NCBI GenBank assembly: GCA_965203485.1
Contig: OZ241892.1
Coordinates: 3,493,017 to 3,557,016, forward strand
DNA: 64,000 nt
Origin: Longimicrobiales bacterium
Lineage (GTDB): Bacteria; Gemmatimonadota; Gemmatimonadetes; Longimicrobiales; Gaopeijiaceae
Reading direction: 5' to 3'
Position numbers and translations under genes: made by a program
Part shown: positions 1 through 11,100 of the stretch, in pieces
How the letters are laid out: each line of letters begins with the position of its first letter
How positions within the stretch are numbered: position 1 is the stretch's first letter
The notes under the pieces: generated by a model
The model's database searches: none
Told to the model about the DNA's origin: nothing
The model's input: only the letters and a program-made list of their open reading frames with translations

Positions 1-672
1 TTCTTCCCATTGCGCCGGACGAAGGACGCCCTGCGGCCAGATGGGCCGGTTGGTCCAGATGTGGACCTCCGCGACCGGGCCGAGGACGCCTGCCTGAATC
101 CACTCGACGACGCGGCGCCCGTCGTCCCAGGAATGCCCCATGGCGCCCATCTGCGTGACGACGCCCGTGCGGCGCGCGATGCGGTCCAGCGCGCGCGCCT
201 CCTGTACCGTGAAGGTGAGCGGCTTCTCGAGATAGATGTGCTTGCCGGCCTCCATGACGGCCTTCGCGATCGGAGCGTGCAAGTGGTCCGGCGTGGCGAC
301 GACCACCGCGTCCAAATCGCTCTCCATGGCCAGCAGCTCCCGGAAGTCCACGTACTGGCGCGCTTGAAGGAACTGTTCGCGCCAACGGTGCGCCTTCGCC
401 CGGCGTTCGGGATCGTCGTCCTCGAGGAACTCGGTGGAGCGCCGGTGCACGATGCCGAAGTCCACGTCGCATACCGCCACGATCCGCTCCGAGCCCAGCT
501 CGAATCCGTTCTCCACTCCCTGGCCGCCGGTGCCGATCACGGCGATGTTGAGCTGGTCCGACGGGGCCTGCCGACTCGGGCCGCCCACGACGCGCGCCGG
601 AACCACCATCGCGCCCATCGCCATCTTCGACCCGCGGTCGACGAAGCCCCGGCGGCTCAGTTGCTCGGACAT
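1..672 (-). CDS. Gfo/Idh/MocA family oxidoreductase, Tat-exported; runs off the window start
   Basis: Read by hand on the minus strand from ATG 672: MSEQLSRRGFV (Tat motif), NIAVIGTGGQG (Rossmann), DAVVVATPDHLH, GKHIYLEKPLT; GGGAGGGG RBS upstream. Confidence 0.9.
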   Translation of the reverse strand, partial: MSEQLSRRGFVDRGSKMAMGAMVVPARVVGGPSRQAPSDQLNIAVIGTGGQGVENGFELGSERIVAVCDVDFGIVHRRSTEFLEDDDPERRAKAHRWREQFLQARQYVDFRELLAMESDLDAVVVATPDHLHAPIAKAVMEAGKHIYLEKPLTFTVQEARALDRIARRTGVVTQMGAMGHSWDDGRRVVEWIQAGVLGPVAEVHIWTNRPIWPQGVLRPAQWEE

Positions 673-833
673 GGTGCCCCTCCCGTGTTTGAGTGGCTTT
701 AGTTGCGAGGCGCGCGGCGTCCCGTCCAAGCCTGGTCCGCCTGCGATTCAGCGTCGCGTCCACGCGGTCTTGCCCTGGGCTCCGCGGGCGCGAAAACTTA
801 CCAAACGACCCGTCCCGCACCAACCAAGGAACG

Positions 834-1748
834 ATGATGCGCATTTCCAGTTCTCGGCAAGTTCAGCGGCTCCCGGCCCTGGCCGCACTACGCCTCCGGT
901 TGCGGCCCGCGGCGGTGTTCGGATGGCGCCGAGTCGGTCGGCTCGCGGCGGTTGCCTTCGGTCTCGTCCTCGTGCCCTCATGGCTGTCGGCGACGTGGTC
1001 GGTCGTCGCAGTCGACACGCGAACCGGCCAAGTGGTCATTGCGTCCGCGACGTGCGTGGCGCAGGGACGCTTTGCGGGCTTTCCCGCGAAGGGGCTCATG
1101 GACATTCAGGCGATCGTGGTTCCGGGCGTCGGAGTGGCCGCGGCGCAGGCGGGGGTGGACGGGACGCGGGCGAACCAGCGACTCGTCCACGAGGAGATGA
1201 AGAAGGGCACTCCGCCGGACCGGATCATCGAGATGCTGTCCGCCGATCCGCAGTTCGAGCGGCGCCAGTTCGGGATCGTCGATCTGCAGGGACGTTGCGC
1301 GCATCACTCGGGCGCCGACAACGGAGCGGCGTCGCTGGCCGTGGCCGACAGCATTCCCGCCGAGGGCGTCTACTTCTCGGTGCAGGGAAACATCCTGGCG
1401 TCGGACGACGTGGTGCACCTGGCCGTGGCAGCCTTCCACGAGGCCGCGGGCGGAACCATGGCCGACCGGGTCATGGCCGCCATGGAGGCCGCCGACGCCG
1501 CCGGCGGCGACCGCCGTTGCACCTGCGAGACGGACCCGCAACCCCAAGGCGTCCCCTGCACGGCCAAGACCTCGCACGTGGCGTACCTGCTGGTGGCGGA
1601 GGCCGCCGATCCGGAAGGCGAGTCCTTCAACGACGGCGACCACTCGCTCTTCATCGACGTGACCGACGAGAACATCCGGCCGGGCGAGGACGCCAATCCA
1701 GTCGCGACCCTGCGCATGCGCTACGAACGGTGGAAGGCGGGCGGATAG
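834..1748 (+). CDS. DUF1028 / Ntn-hydrolase-like secreted protein
   Basis: Signal-like region, then TWSVVAVDTRTG, RQFGIVD, SVQGNIL, GGDRRC; AAGGA precedes ATG 834 (track ORF starts at 693). Confidence 0.75.
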   Translation: MMRISSSRQVQRLPALAALRLRLRPAAVFGWRRVGRLAAVAFGLVLVPSWLSATWSVVAVDTRTGQVVIASATCVAQGRFAGFPAKGLMDIQAIVVPGVGVAAAQAGVDGTRANQRLVHEEMKKGTPPDRIIEMLSADPQFERRQFGIVDLQGRCAHHSGADNGAASLAVADSIPAEGVYFSVQGNILASDDVVHLAVAAFHEAAGGTMADRVMAAMEAADAAGGDRRCTCETDPQPQGVPCTAKTSHVAYLLVAEAADPEGESFNDGDHSLFIDVTDENIRPGEDANPVATLRMRYERWKAGG

Positions 1749-1830
1749 GACCGCTCTCCCTTGGCCGAGCCGCCCGCTTCGCCTTACGTTGCTTGGCCTC
1801 GACCGGACCCGCCGCTTCCGCGAGTGACCG

Positions 1831-4800
1831 TTGCCGCGCGCCTCGTTCCTTCCCGAATGCCCACCCGAATCCGGCGATCTCGTCCAGTTGCGCTCGCGCC
1901 GCTGGCTGGTCGAGGCCGTCGAAGCGCCGACTCGCGCGGGGAACTCGGCCGTCGTGCGACTGGCGTGCGCGGACGACGACGCGCAGGGGCAGGAGTTGCA
2001 GGTATTTTGGGACTGCGAGCTCGACCGGAAGATCCTGAAGGACGAGGGCTGGGGCGATCTCGCCGGGCGCGGCTTCGATGATCCCCGCCAGTTCGCCGCC
2101 TTCTACCACACCCTGCGCTGGAACTGCGTGACGGCGACCGATCCGAAGCTCGTTCAGGCGCCGTTTCGCGCCGGCATCAAGCTCGACGCGTACCAGATGG
2201 AGCCCCTGCGCAAGGCGTTGTTGCTCCCCCGCGTCAATCTCTTCATCGCCGACGACACGGGCCTCGGCAAGACCATCGAGGCCGGCCTGATCGCGCGCGA
2301 GCTCCTGTTGCGCAAGAAGGTCGACAGAATCGTGGTGGCCGCGCCGCCGTCAGTGCTGGAGCAGTGGAAGAGCGAGCTGGAGGAGCGGTTCGGCCTGATC
2401 TTCGAAGTCCTCGACCGCGCCTATGTGGCCAAGATGCGCCGCGAAAGGGGATTCGGCGTGAATCCCTGGCGCACGCACAGCCGCTTCCTGGTGTCGCACC
2501 GGTTGCTGGCGAACGCGGCCTACGCGGATCCGATGCGCGAGTGGCTGGGCGACCTGCTGCCCGGAAGCCTTCTGATTCTGGACGAGGCTCACCACGCCGC
2601 TCCGTCGTCCGGCAGGCGCTACGGCATCGAGAGCAAGTTCACGCAAGCGGTGCGCGATCTGTCGGAGCGCTTCGAGCACAGGTTGTTCCTGTCGGCGACG
2701 CCTCACAACGGACACTCCAACAGCTTCTCCACGCTGCTGGAGCTCCTGGATCCGTACCGGTTCACGCGAGGCGTCAAGGTGCAGAGCCGAGCGCTGGAAA
2801 ACGTCATGGTCCGCCGCCTCAAGGAGGACGTCCGAGAGGTGCAGGGCGCGTTCCCGAAGCGCAACGTCGTGGCCGTCAAGGTGGACGGGTTGCCGCCCGA
2901 CGCTCCCGAGATCGTGCTGTCGCAGTTGCTCGACGAGTACCGGGCCGCTCGCGAGCGCCGTCACGCGACCGCCGCGCGGGGGGTCCAGGCCGCCGCTCAA
3001 CTGCTGGTCGTGGGACTGCAGCAGCGGCTTCTGTCGTCGATCGAGGCGTTTGCGCGGAGCCTTCGCGTGCACCGGGAGACGGTGGAACGGCACTGGGCGA
3101 AGTGGGAGAAGGAAAGCAAGAAGTTGCCCCACGGGGATGAGCAGGAGAGTCCCGAGGGCATCGGAGGGGAACCGGGAAGCGAGGCCGCGACGGGGCGCGC
3201 GCCGCCGGGCCGGGCCGCCCAGATGGTTGCGAGCGATCCGGCCGGTGGCGCAGGAACGCATCCCTTCTTGCGGGCGCCGGACGCGGACGACGAGCGCGGC
3301 CAGTGGACCGAGAAGGAAACCGACGCGGAGGAACGCCGCCAGATCGAGGCGCTGACGACGGCCGCCCACAGCGACAACCCGGAACAGCAGTGGGCCCGCG
3401 AGCAGCGTCTCCTCGACCAAATGCAGGAAATCGCCGAGGAAAGCCGTGCCCGGCCCGACGCCAAGACGCACCGCCTGCTCGACTGGATCCGCGAGCGCCA
3501 GTGCCCGGACCTGCCGCCCTTCGACCATGCTCTGCCGCCCGACGCCCCGACTCCCCGCTGGAACGACCGCCGCGTTCTCATCTTCACGGAAAACCGCGAA
3601 GGCACCAAGCGCTATCTGCGCACCGTGCTTGAACACGCCGTCAAGCACACCGACCGGGCCGAAGACCGCATCGCAGTCATCGACGGCCATACCAGCGGCC
3701 CCATGCGCAAGGCCGTGCAGCGACGCTTCAACGCGCATCCCGCGGACGATCCCCTCCGCATCCTCCTCGCCACGGACGCCGCGCGCGAAGGACTCAACTT
3801 CCAAGCCCACTGCACCGACCTGTTCCACTTCGATCTACCGTGGAACCCCGGCCGCATCGAGCAGCGCAACGGCCGCATCGACCGCAAGCTCCAGCCGGCG
3901 CGCGAAGTCAACTGCCACTACTTCGTGCTGCCCCAGCGCGTGGAAGACCGCGTGCTGGAGGTGCTGGTGAAAAAAACCGAGACGATCAGGCGCGAGCTGG
4001 GCAGCCTGCCCACGGTGATCGACGACGTGGAGCGCCGGTTGGGCAAACGGGGAATCCGCCACGCCGACGCCGACGCATTGAAGCGCAGGATCGAAGACGC
4101 CGACCTGGAGCCCGCCAAGAAGCGCGCCGTTAAGGACGAGCTGGAAGCCGCTCGCGACCGGCACCAGGAGCTTGAAGCCCAGATAGACCGGTGCCGCGCT
4201 TTGCTGCAACGCTCGCGGCAAAGGACGGGCTTCGGAGCCGGCCCGTTCCGCAACGCCCTCTCGTGCTCGCTGGAATTCCTGGGCGCGCCGCCGCTGGCGC
4301 CGGCTGCCGACCCGGAAGGCAAGTCCGCGTGGGCGTTTCCGGCCTTGGACGGCAAGGTTGCCGCCGACGCCACCTGGACCGCCACGCTGGACTCGCTGCG
4401 CGCTCCGCAGAAGCTCGGCGAAAACACGGCCGACTGGCGGCGCGACGCTCCGATCCGCCCTGTCGTCTTTGAAGACGCCGGTGTCCTCACCGACGACGTG
4501 GTGCATCTGCACCTGGACCAGCGCGTGGCCCAGCGATTGCTGGCCAGGTTCAGGTCGCAGGGATTCGTGCACCACGACCTGTCCAGGGCTTGTTTGGCTC
4601 AGAGCCGGGATTCGATTCGCCGCGTGGTTCTGCTGGGCCGCCTCTCGCTGTACGGGCGGCGCGCCGAGCGCCTGCACGAGGAGCTGGTGCCCGTGGCCGC
4701 CCCCTGGTCCGACCCCCGCGAGCGCTCCGGGCCGCTCAAGCCCTACGGCCGCGACGGCGAAGCCCGCACGCTGGATCTTCTGAACGAAGCCATGGCAGAC

Positions 4801-5238
4801 GGAAGCAGCGGGAACGGGCGCGCCGACTTCTTCCCGAACGATGTCGTGCGACAACGCCTGTTGCGCTCGGCCGCGGACGACATCGAGGATCTGAAGCCGT
4901 TGCTGGAAGCACGCGCGGCCGACTTGGCGGCCAACGCCGAGAAGCGCCTGACCGCGCGCGGCCAAACCGAAAGCCGCGCCCTGCACGAGACGTTGGAGGC
5001 CCAGCGATGCCGCGTCCGCGAGACGCTGGCCGAGCACGAGGGCCAGCGGCAGCTTGAACTGCAATCGGCCGCCGAGCAGCGCCAGCTCGAAGCGGACGTC
5101 CGCCACTGGCGCAAGCGCCTGAGCAAGTTCGACGACGACTTGGAGTGCGAGCCCGCCCGCGTCCAGACCTTCTACGAGGTGCGTGCCTGCCGCGTCGAGC
5201 CCGTGGGTTTGGTTTATCTTTGGCCGGAGACGAACTGA
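1831..5238 (+). CDS. drmD: DISARM class I SNF2-like helicase DrmD
   Basis: ADDTGLGKT (Walker A), LDEAHH, LSATPHNG, DLPWNPGRIEQRNGRIDR, C-terminal EPVGLVYLWP; followed by drmMI, drmA, drmB and drmC homologues. Confidence 0.9.
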   Translation: MPRASFLPECPPESGDLVQLRSRRWLVEAVEAPTRAGNSAVVRLACADDDAQGQELQVFWDCELDRKILKDEGWGDLAGRGFDDPRQFAAFYHTLRWNCVTATDPKLVQAPFRAGIKLDAYQMEPLRKALLLPRVNLFIADDTGLGKTIEAGLIARELLLRKKVDRIVVAAPPSVLEQWKSELEERFGLIFEVLDRAYVAKMRRERGFGVNPWRTHSRFLVSHRLLANAAYADPMREWLGDLLPGSLLILDEAHHAAPSSGRRYGIESKFTQAVRDLSERFEHRLFLSATPHNGHSNSFSTLLELLDPYRFTRGVKVQSRALENVMVRRLKEDVREVQGAFPKRNVVAVKVDGLPPDAPEIVLSQLLDEYRAARERRHATAARGVQAAAQLLVVGLQQRLLSSIEAFARSLRVHRETVERHWAKWEKESKKLPHGDEQESPEGIGGEPGSEAATGRAPPGRAAQMVASDPAGGAGTHPFLRAPDADDERGQWTEKETDAEERRQIEALTTAAHSDNPEQQWAREQRLLDQMQEIAEESRARPDAKTHRLLDWIRERQCPDLPPFDHALPPDAPTPRWNDRRVLIFTENREGTKRYLRTVLEHAVKHTDRAEDRIAVIDGHTSGPMRKAVQRRFNAHPADDPLRILLATDAAREGLNFQAHCTDLFHFDLPWNPGRIEQRNGRIDRKLQPAREVNCHYFVLPQRVEDRVLEVLVKKTETIRRELGSLPTVIDDVERRLGKRGIRHADADALKRRIEDADLEPAKKRAVKDELEAARDRHQELEAQIDRCRALLQRSRQRTGFGAGPFRNALSCSLEFLGAPPLAPAADPEGKSAWAFPALDGKVAADATWTATLDSLRAPQKLGENTADWRRDAPIRPVVFEDAGVLTDDVVHLHLDQRVAQRLLARFRSQGFVHHDLSRACLAQSRDSIRRVVLLGRLSLYGRRAERLHEELVPVAAPWSDPRERSGPLKPYGRDGEARTLDLLNEAMADGSSGNGRADFFPNDVVRQRLLRSAADDIEDLKPLLEARAADLAANAEKRLTARGQTESRALHETLEAQRCRVRETLAEHEGQRQLELQSAAEQRQLEADVRHWRKRLSKFDDDLECEPARVQTFYEVRACRVEPVGLVYLWPETN

Positions 5239-5529
5239 TGCCATCATCCACCACACTCCGCCGAGGCGCGTCCGCATGCCGAACGGGATGGGCCTGTTGC
5301 CGCAGATGACCTGCAGGCTCGACTTCTACGCCGCTAGCGAGTGCGCACCCGGTCGATACCGGGTCGACGCTTTAGGGCTGTCATTCGCAGCCGAATTTGT
5401 CGACCCTCCAGAACCACCTCGGCGAACAGTAGTTTTCGCCCTTCGAGCACAACGCCACCGTTGCGCACTCCTTCCAGTTGCCACACCGGTAACCGGAGAA
5501 CGACGCGTATCAACGACGGATTAAGCCCA

Positions 5530-6321
5530 ATGAAGACATCCTCTTTTTCCGTTCGCCTGTTCTATAGCTATTCTCACAAGGACGCTCAATACCGAGATGC
5601 CATGGAAGATGCCCTCAGTTTGCTCAGAACCCAGGGGCATTTGACACAGTGGTCGGATAAAAACATTCTGCCCGGTCATAGAATCTCAACGACTATTGGG
5701 CAGGAAATGGAGCAAGTCGATATTGTCGTTTTCTTAATCAGCAATTCATTTTTGGCATCAGATGAATGCATGAAAGAATGGAAGCGAGCCAAAACGATGC
5801 ACGTTGCTTCCCACCGACCACTTCGTGTTCCGATTATCGTCAGCACATGTGCGTGGAAGGATTTGCTTGTCGAAGACGATATAAAGGTGTTGCCGAATGA
5901 CGGAAAGCCCGTGAAGACGTTTAGCGATTCTGATGCGGCATGGAGCCAAGTATATGAAGGCATTAAATCACTCATTGACAGCTTGCGAGCGGATTTTTCG
6001 CCAAAGACCCGATTTATGACACAACTGCGGAATATTGATGATGTCGTCGTTTCACAACGAACAAGTACGCTAGATGACCTCTTTGTATTTCTCCCGCTAT
6101 CAAACTACCAGCCTAGCAAGATTGAAAGGCACGCAGTTGACGAAAAAACCATAACGAACTTAGACAATCTTTTGCGATTGGGTCACATCCTTATCCACGG
6201 CGACGACCAAAGTGGCAAGACGGCGCTTGGCCGGTACATCGTTTTGTCGCTGATCAATAAGGCGCAGCCTGTCCTTCTTGTCGATCTGCAAGTGGTTAAG
6301 ATAGCTAGTGATATTCGATGA
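5530..6321 (+). pseudogene. TIR-domain + P-loop NTPase protein, N-terminal part (frameshifted)
   Basis: LFYSYSHKD, IVVFLISNSFLASDECMKEW (TIR with putative catalytic Glu), PIIVSTCAW; Walker A GDDQSGKT just before the stop; markedly AT-richer than the flanks. Confidence 0.8.
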
Positions 6322-7993
6322 TGTTCTAGCAAAGGTATATCATGATCAATTTCGTGGCGATTACATGAAGTGGCGCGACTACCAACACACAACCATTGTG
6401 CTCGACAATCTGTCGTCCAAGCCTGCATCGATACCCTTCCTGACTGCTGTCCTGAGCAGATTCGATAACGTTGTTGTGTTAGCATCCACCAACACATATG
6501 TGTCTTATTACCGCGATGACGCCCGCTTGGCGACGTGCACTATTTTGCAGATTTCTCCGCTCACACACGTCTTGCAAGAAGAATTGATTCGAAAACGACT
6601 TGCCTTGATGAGTAACAGCACGGTGTATGACGGTGCCGTTGATCAAATAGAAAAGCGAGTCAATGCTATCATTAACACTAGAATATTGCCACGATATCCG
6701 TTCTATGTTCTATCGATTCTTCAGACACTTGAAGCATTCATGCCACGAGATATGGCGGTTACATCACATGGTCATTGCTACTACATCTTTATTGTAGCAA
6801 GACTAATGAATGCAGGCATTTCCAGGGGTGATGAAGCCATCAATGTGTGCTTAAATTTTGCGGAACAATTGGCGTTTGCTATTTACAGTCATAACTCGAC
6901 CGAGCAACATTCGTTTTCCCGATCGGCGTTTGATCGGTTTGTCGCTGACTATAAGAAGCAATATGTCTTGCCAGACTCTATTCGGCACAGATTGATTGGT
7001 CGAGATTATGGCATTTTGGCCGATGACGGCAGATTCCAGCATCCCTACATGTACTATTTCTTTCTCGGGCGGTACTTGGCCGCGCACGAAGACAATCAAA
7101 TAATTGAGCAAATGTGTCGGGACAGCCATGTGTCGGAAAACCATTTGACGTTGCTTTTTATAATACATCACGCGACAAATGATGAAATAATTGAAGAAAT
7201 CCTGATCAGAACGATGTGTTCATTGGACAACATTCCGCCAGCGCGTTTGAATCCGGAAGAAACAAAACGGTTTCGAAGTATCGTTGCGCGATTACCGACT
7301 GACATCCTTTCTGGTCGTTCAGTGGAGGACGAGCGAAAAGCCGACCGACGTACACGTGACGGTGACGACAACGAAAATGAAGTGGACAATAGATCCGATC
7401 ATTCGGTTAATCGAATGATATACCAAATATTGAAGAACAACGAACTGTTGGGTCAGGTATTAAAGGTGAGATATGGCAAGCTCACCAAAGGACAAATATC
7501 AGATATTGTTGAATCGATTGCAGACAGTGGACTACGGCTCGTGAACGTGTTGCTGAGCGACGAAGACGATATATCCGAGTTAGCGCGATATTTGCACGCC
7601 CGTGTCCCCAATTTATCTGAATCGAGAATCAAGAAATTGTTGCAGGGAATGTCGTTCGTGTGGACAATGATCAATATTGAACTTGTGGTGAATGCCGTGT
7701 CACACAAGGATATCGCACCAATAGTTCGCGATCTGGTTGAGAAGAGAGCAAATCCAGCTTATGACGTGATCGGATTTTTCTGCGCCTTGGATAGTGCAAA
7801 TGAATTGACGTCGAACTTGCGAAGAGAACTGAGGAAGCTACTGAAGCGGCACGACGATTCGTTTGTTCGAGGCGTATTGTCGCTCAGAGTACAACATTAT
7901 ATGAATACACATAGGAGTAGTGCAAAAATCGAACAAGGCATTTGCGCGGATCTTGGAATAAGATATCGACATCGCATTATGGCGGCACAATAG
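6308..7993 (+). pseudogene. C-terminal continuation of the TIR-NTPase (STAND-like NTPase + helical region)
   Basis: +1 frame, overlaps the previous ORF by 14 nt with no SD; begins with Walker-B-like TTIVLDNL; F.HPYMYYFFLGRYL winged-helix-type motif. Confidence 0.7.
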
Positions 7994-8144
7994 AATCGGG
8001 CTCTCCCAGAATGAACGTCAATACTGCCGAAGACACGATGGGCCATTGGTCCCGGGCCGTTGCGGGGTCGTATTCGGAGACGTGGTGTTCGCACGGCTTC
8101 AATGGAGGGTGGCGTTTAGCGGTGCCTAGCCGACCCAGGCGGGG

Positions 8145-8153
8145 TGCTAAGGT
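8145..8153 (+). promoter_or_regulatory. Possible extended -10 element for a (near-)leaderless drmMI transcript
   Basis: TGCTAAGGT (TGn + TAnnnT) ends 9 nt before ATG 8163; no SD between. Confidence 0.3.
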
Positions 8154-8162
8154 GTAACCATC

Positions 8163-11100
8163 ATGGCCAAAGTCAACCCGGACATCGCGACCCACTTGGA
8201 GTGGCTCGGCTTCGTCCGGCCTACTGGCCTCGTGGTATCGCCGACGACATTGGTTCGTGCCGGCGCCATCCTTCAGCGTCGGGACAACGAAGGACAGGCT
8301 CGGCTGAAGGAATGCCTCGCGACCGAAGCGACGGGTGCTGGCGTTCTTGCCTTTTCCCGCTTCCGCGAGTTCGCCAACAAGGTCTTGGACTGGAGTTTCT
8401 CGCCCAAGGGCTACGCCGGAACCGCGGATGCACCCGTGCCCCGGGAACTGGAAGTCGTCATGCCGGACACCGGCAGGGCCGTCCGGCCCCACTATGCGGT
8501 CCGCATGGGACGGGACGAGGCCGAGTGGCAGCTCTTGGTCCTCGTGTGCGAGCGAGGACGCGACTTCGATGCCTCTCAAGCCAGGTCGGCCGCGGCTCAG
8601 GACACCATGGAGCGCCTGTTGCGCGGCACGGGCGCACCCGCCGGCATCCTCTTCAACGGCGAGGCGTTGCGGCTCGTCTCGGCGCCGAAGGGCGAGAGTT
8701 CGGGATGGCTGGACTTCCGCGTGGCGGACATGGTGGAGACGGCTGGACGGCCTATTTGCGCGGCCATGCGCCTTCTCTTGGGCGAGACGCGGTTGCTGTC
8801 CGTGGCCAAGGACAAGCGGCTGGCCGCGCTCATGGCCGAGAGCCGCAAGTTCCAGAACGAGGTCAGCCAGGATCTGTCGGGGCAGGTGCTGCACGCCCTG
8901 TATGAATTGTTGCGCGGATTTCAGGCCGCCCACGACGGATCCGGCCGCAAGCTCTTGGAGACGCCTCTGCGCGAGAACCCGGACGAAGTCTACCGGGGCC
9001 TGCTCACGCTGGTGCTGCGCCTGATCTTCCTGCTGTACGCGGAAGAGCGCGACATGCTGCCGCAGGACGAGGTGTTCCTCGGCGGCTATTCGGTAGCCGG
9101 ACTGCACAAGCGCCTCCGAGAGGACGCGGCACTCCACCCCGACACCATGGACCAGCGCTACGGCGCCTACGCCCAGTTGCTGTTTCTGTTCCGCATGGTT
9201 CACGACGGAGTTCGGATTGATACCATGATACTACCACCTCGCCACGGCGTCCTGTTCGACCCCGACCGCTACCCGTTCCTGGAGGGCCGGGGCGCGCAGG
9301 TCGCCGGCGGACGCCAAGTCCACGAGCGCATCGAGCCGCCCCGGGTGTCCGACGGCGCCGTCTACCGCGTGCTCGAAAAGTTGCTGGTGCTCAACGGCGA
9401 ACGCATCTCGTACCGAGCGCTGGACGTGGAGCACATCGGCTCCGTCTACGAGACGATGATGGGCTTCCGGCTGGAGACTGCGAAGGGCCGGTCCGTGGCG
9501 ATCAAGGCGGAGGGGAAGCACGGTGCGCCGGCCACGGTCGACTTGGACGCGCTGCTCGCGCAACCGTCCGACAAACGCGTCGAGTGGGTCCGCGACCGCA
9601 CCGATCGCAAGCTCACCGACAAGGTCGCGAACGCGGTCCGCCAAGCGGGCGCCATCGAGGCGTTGCACGCCGCTGTGGCGCCGGTCGTGGACTCCGTAGC
9701 CACGCCCGACCTGATCGCGCGCGGCTCCATGATTCTTCAGCCCAGCAAGGAACGTCGCAGTACCGGCTCGCACTATACGCCCCGCGAGCTGACTGAGCCG
9801 ATCGTCCGCGACGCGCTGAAGCCCGTGCTGGACCGGTTGAGCGCCGAGACGGGCGGGTCGCCCACGCCCGACCAAGTGCTGGCCTTGAAGGTGTGCGATC
9901 CGGCGATGGGCTCGGGTGCGTTCTTGGTTGAAGCCTGCCGCCAGCTGGGCGCGGCGCTGGTCGATGCGTGGCACGCGGCCGACGCTGTGCCCGACGGCCT
10001 CGAGGGAGAGGACGAACTTGTATTCGCCCGCCGGGAGGTGGCGCGGCGGTGCTTGTACGGCGTGGACCGCAACCCCATTGCCGTGGACTTGGCCAAGATG
10101 TCGCTGTGGCTGGCGACGCTGGCCAAGGGCCTTCCCTTGACGTTCCTGGATCACGCCCTGCGCCACGGCGATTCGCTGGTGGGACTGACGAAGCGCCAGA
10201 TCGGCGCGTTCCATTGGGACGAGAAGGCGCCTGCGCTCCAGTTGGGGTTCGAGGCGGACAGGGCCAAGGACGATCTGGATCGAGTCAGGGACATGCGCCG
10301 GCGCATTCGGGAAGCGGGCGACGGCGTCTCTGACCGGAAGTTGCGAGCCGTGCTGGGCGAAGCCATGTCGGCGACGGCCTCAGTCCGCAGAACCGGCGAC
10401 TTGGTGCTTGCGGCATACTTCGACGAGGCGAAGCCGAAGAAACGCGAAGCAAGGAGAGTCGAGCTTGCAGCGTGCGTAGCCGAGGGCAGAGCGGAAGAGT
10501 ACACAAGCTGGTTGGACGAGCAGCGCGACGCTGATCCGCCTCTGGCCCCGTTTCACTGGGAGATCGAGTTTCCCGAGGTCTTCGAACGAGACGCCCCGGG
10601 GTTCGACGCGATCGTCGGAAATCCGCCCTTCGCGGGAAAGAACTCGATGGCGAATGCCAACGTGAGGCACTATCCCCTTTGGCTGAAGCAGGCCCACCAG
10701 CAAAGCCACGGCAACGCCGACCTGGTCGCCCACTTCTTTCGCCGTTCGTTCGACTTGATCCGGCCCAACGGCACGTTCGGCCTGATCGCGACCAACACCA
10801 TCGGCCAAGGCGACACCCGCTCCACCGGCCTGCGCTGGATATGCCAGCATGGCGGCGAGATCTTCAAGGCCACGACGCGGGTGAAGTGGCCGGGGATGGC
10901 AGCCGTGGTCGTGAGCGTGGTGCACGTGGCCAAGGGCCGGGCTTCCAGCCAGCGGTTCCTCGACAAGCGTCCGGTCGAACGGATCACGGCGTTTCTGTTT
11001 CATCGGGGCGGTCACGGCGACCCGGCACAACTCAAGGCGAACGCGAGAAAGAGCTTTGTAGGTAGCTACGTCCTAGGAATGGGCTTCACCTTCGATGACA

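Noticed and set aside
6318..6329. TGATG stop-start coupling at the TIR gene break
   Set aside because: Those ATGs are not in the frame of the downstream 561-aa ORF and stop within 2-3 codons
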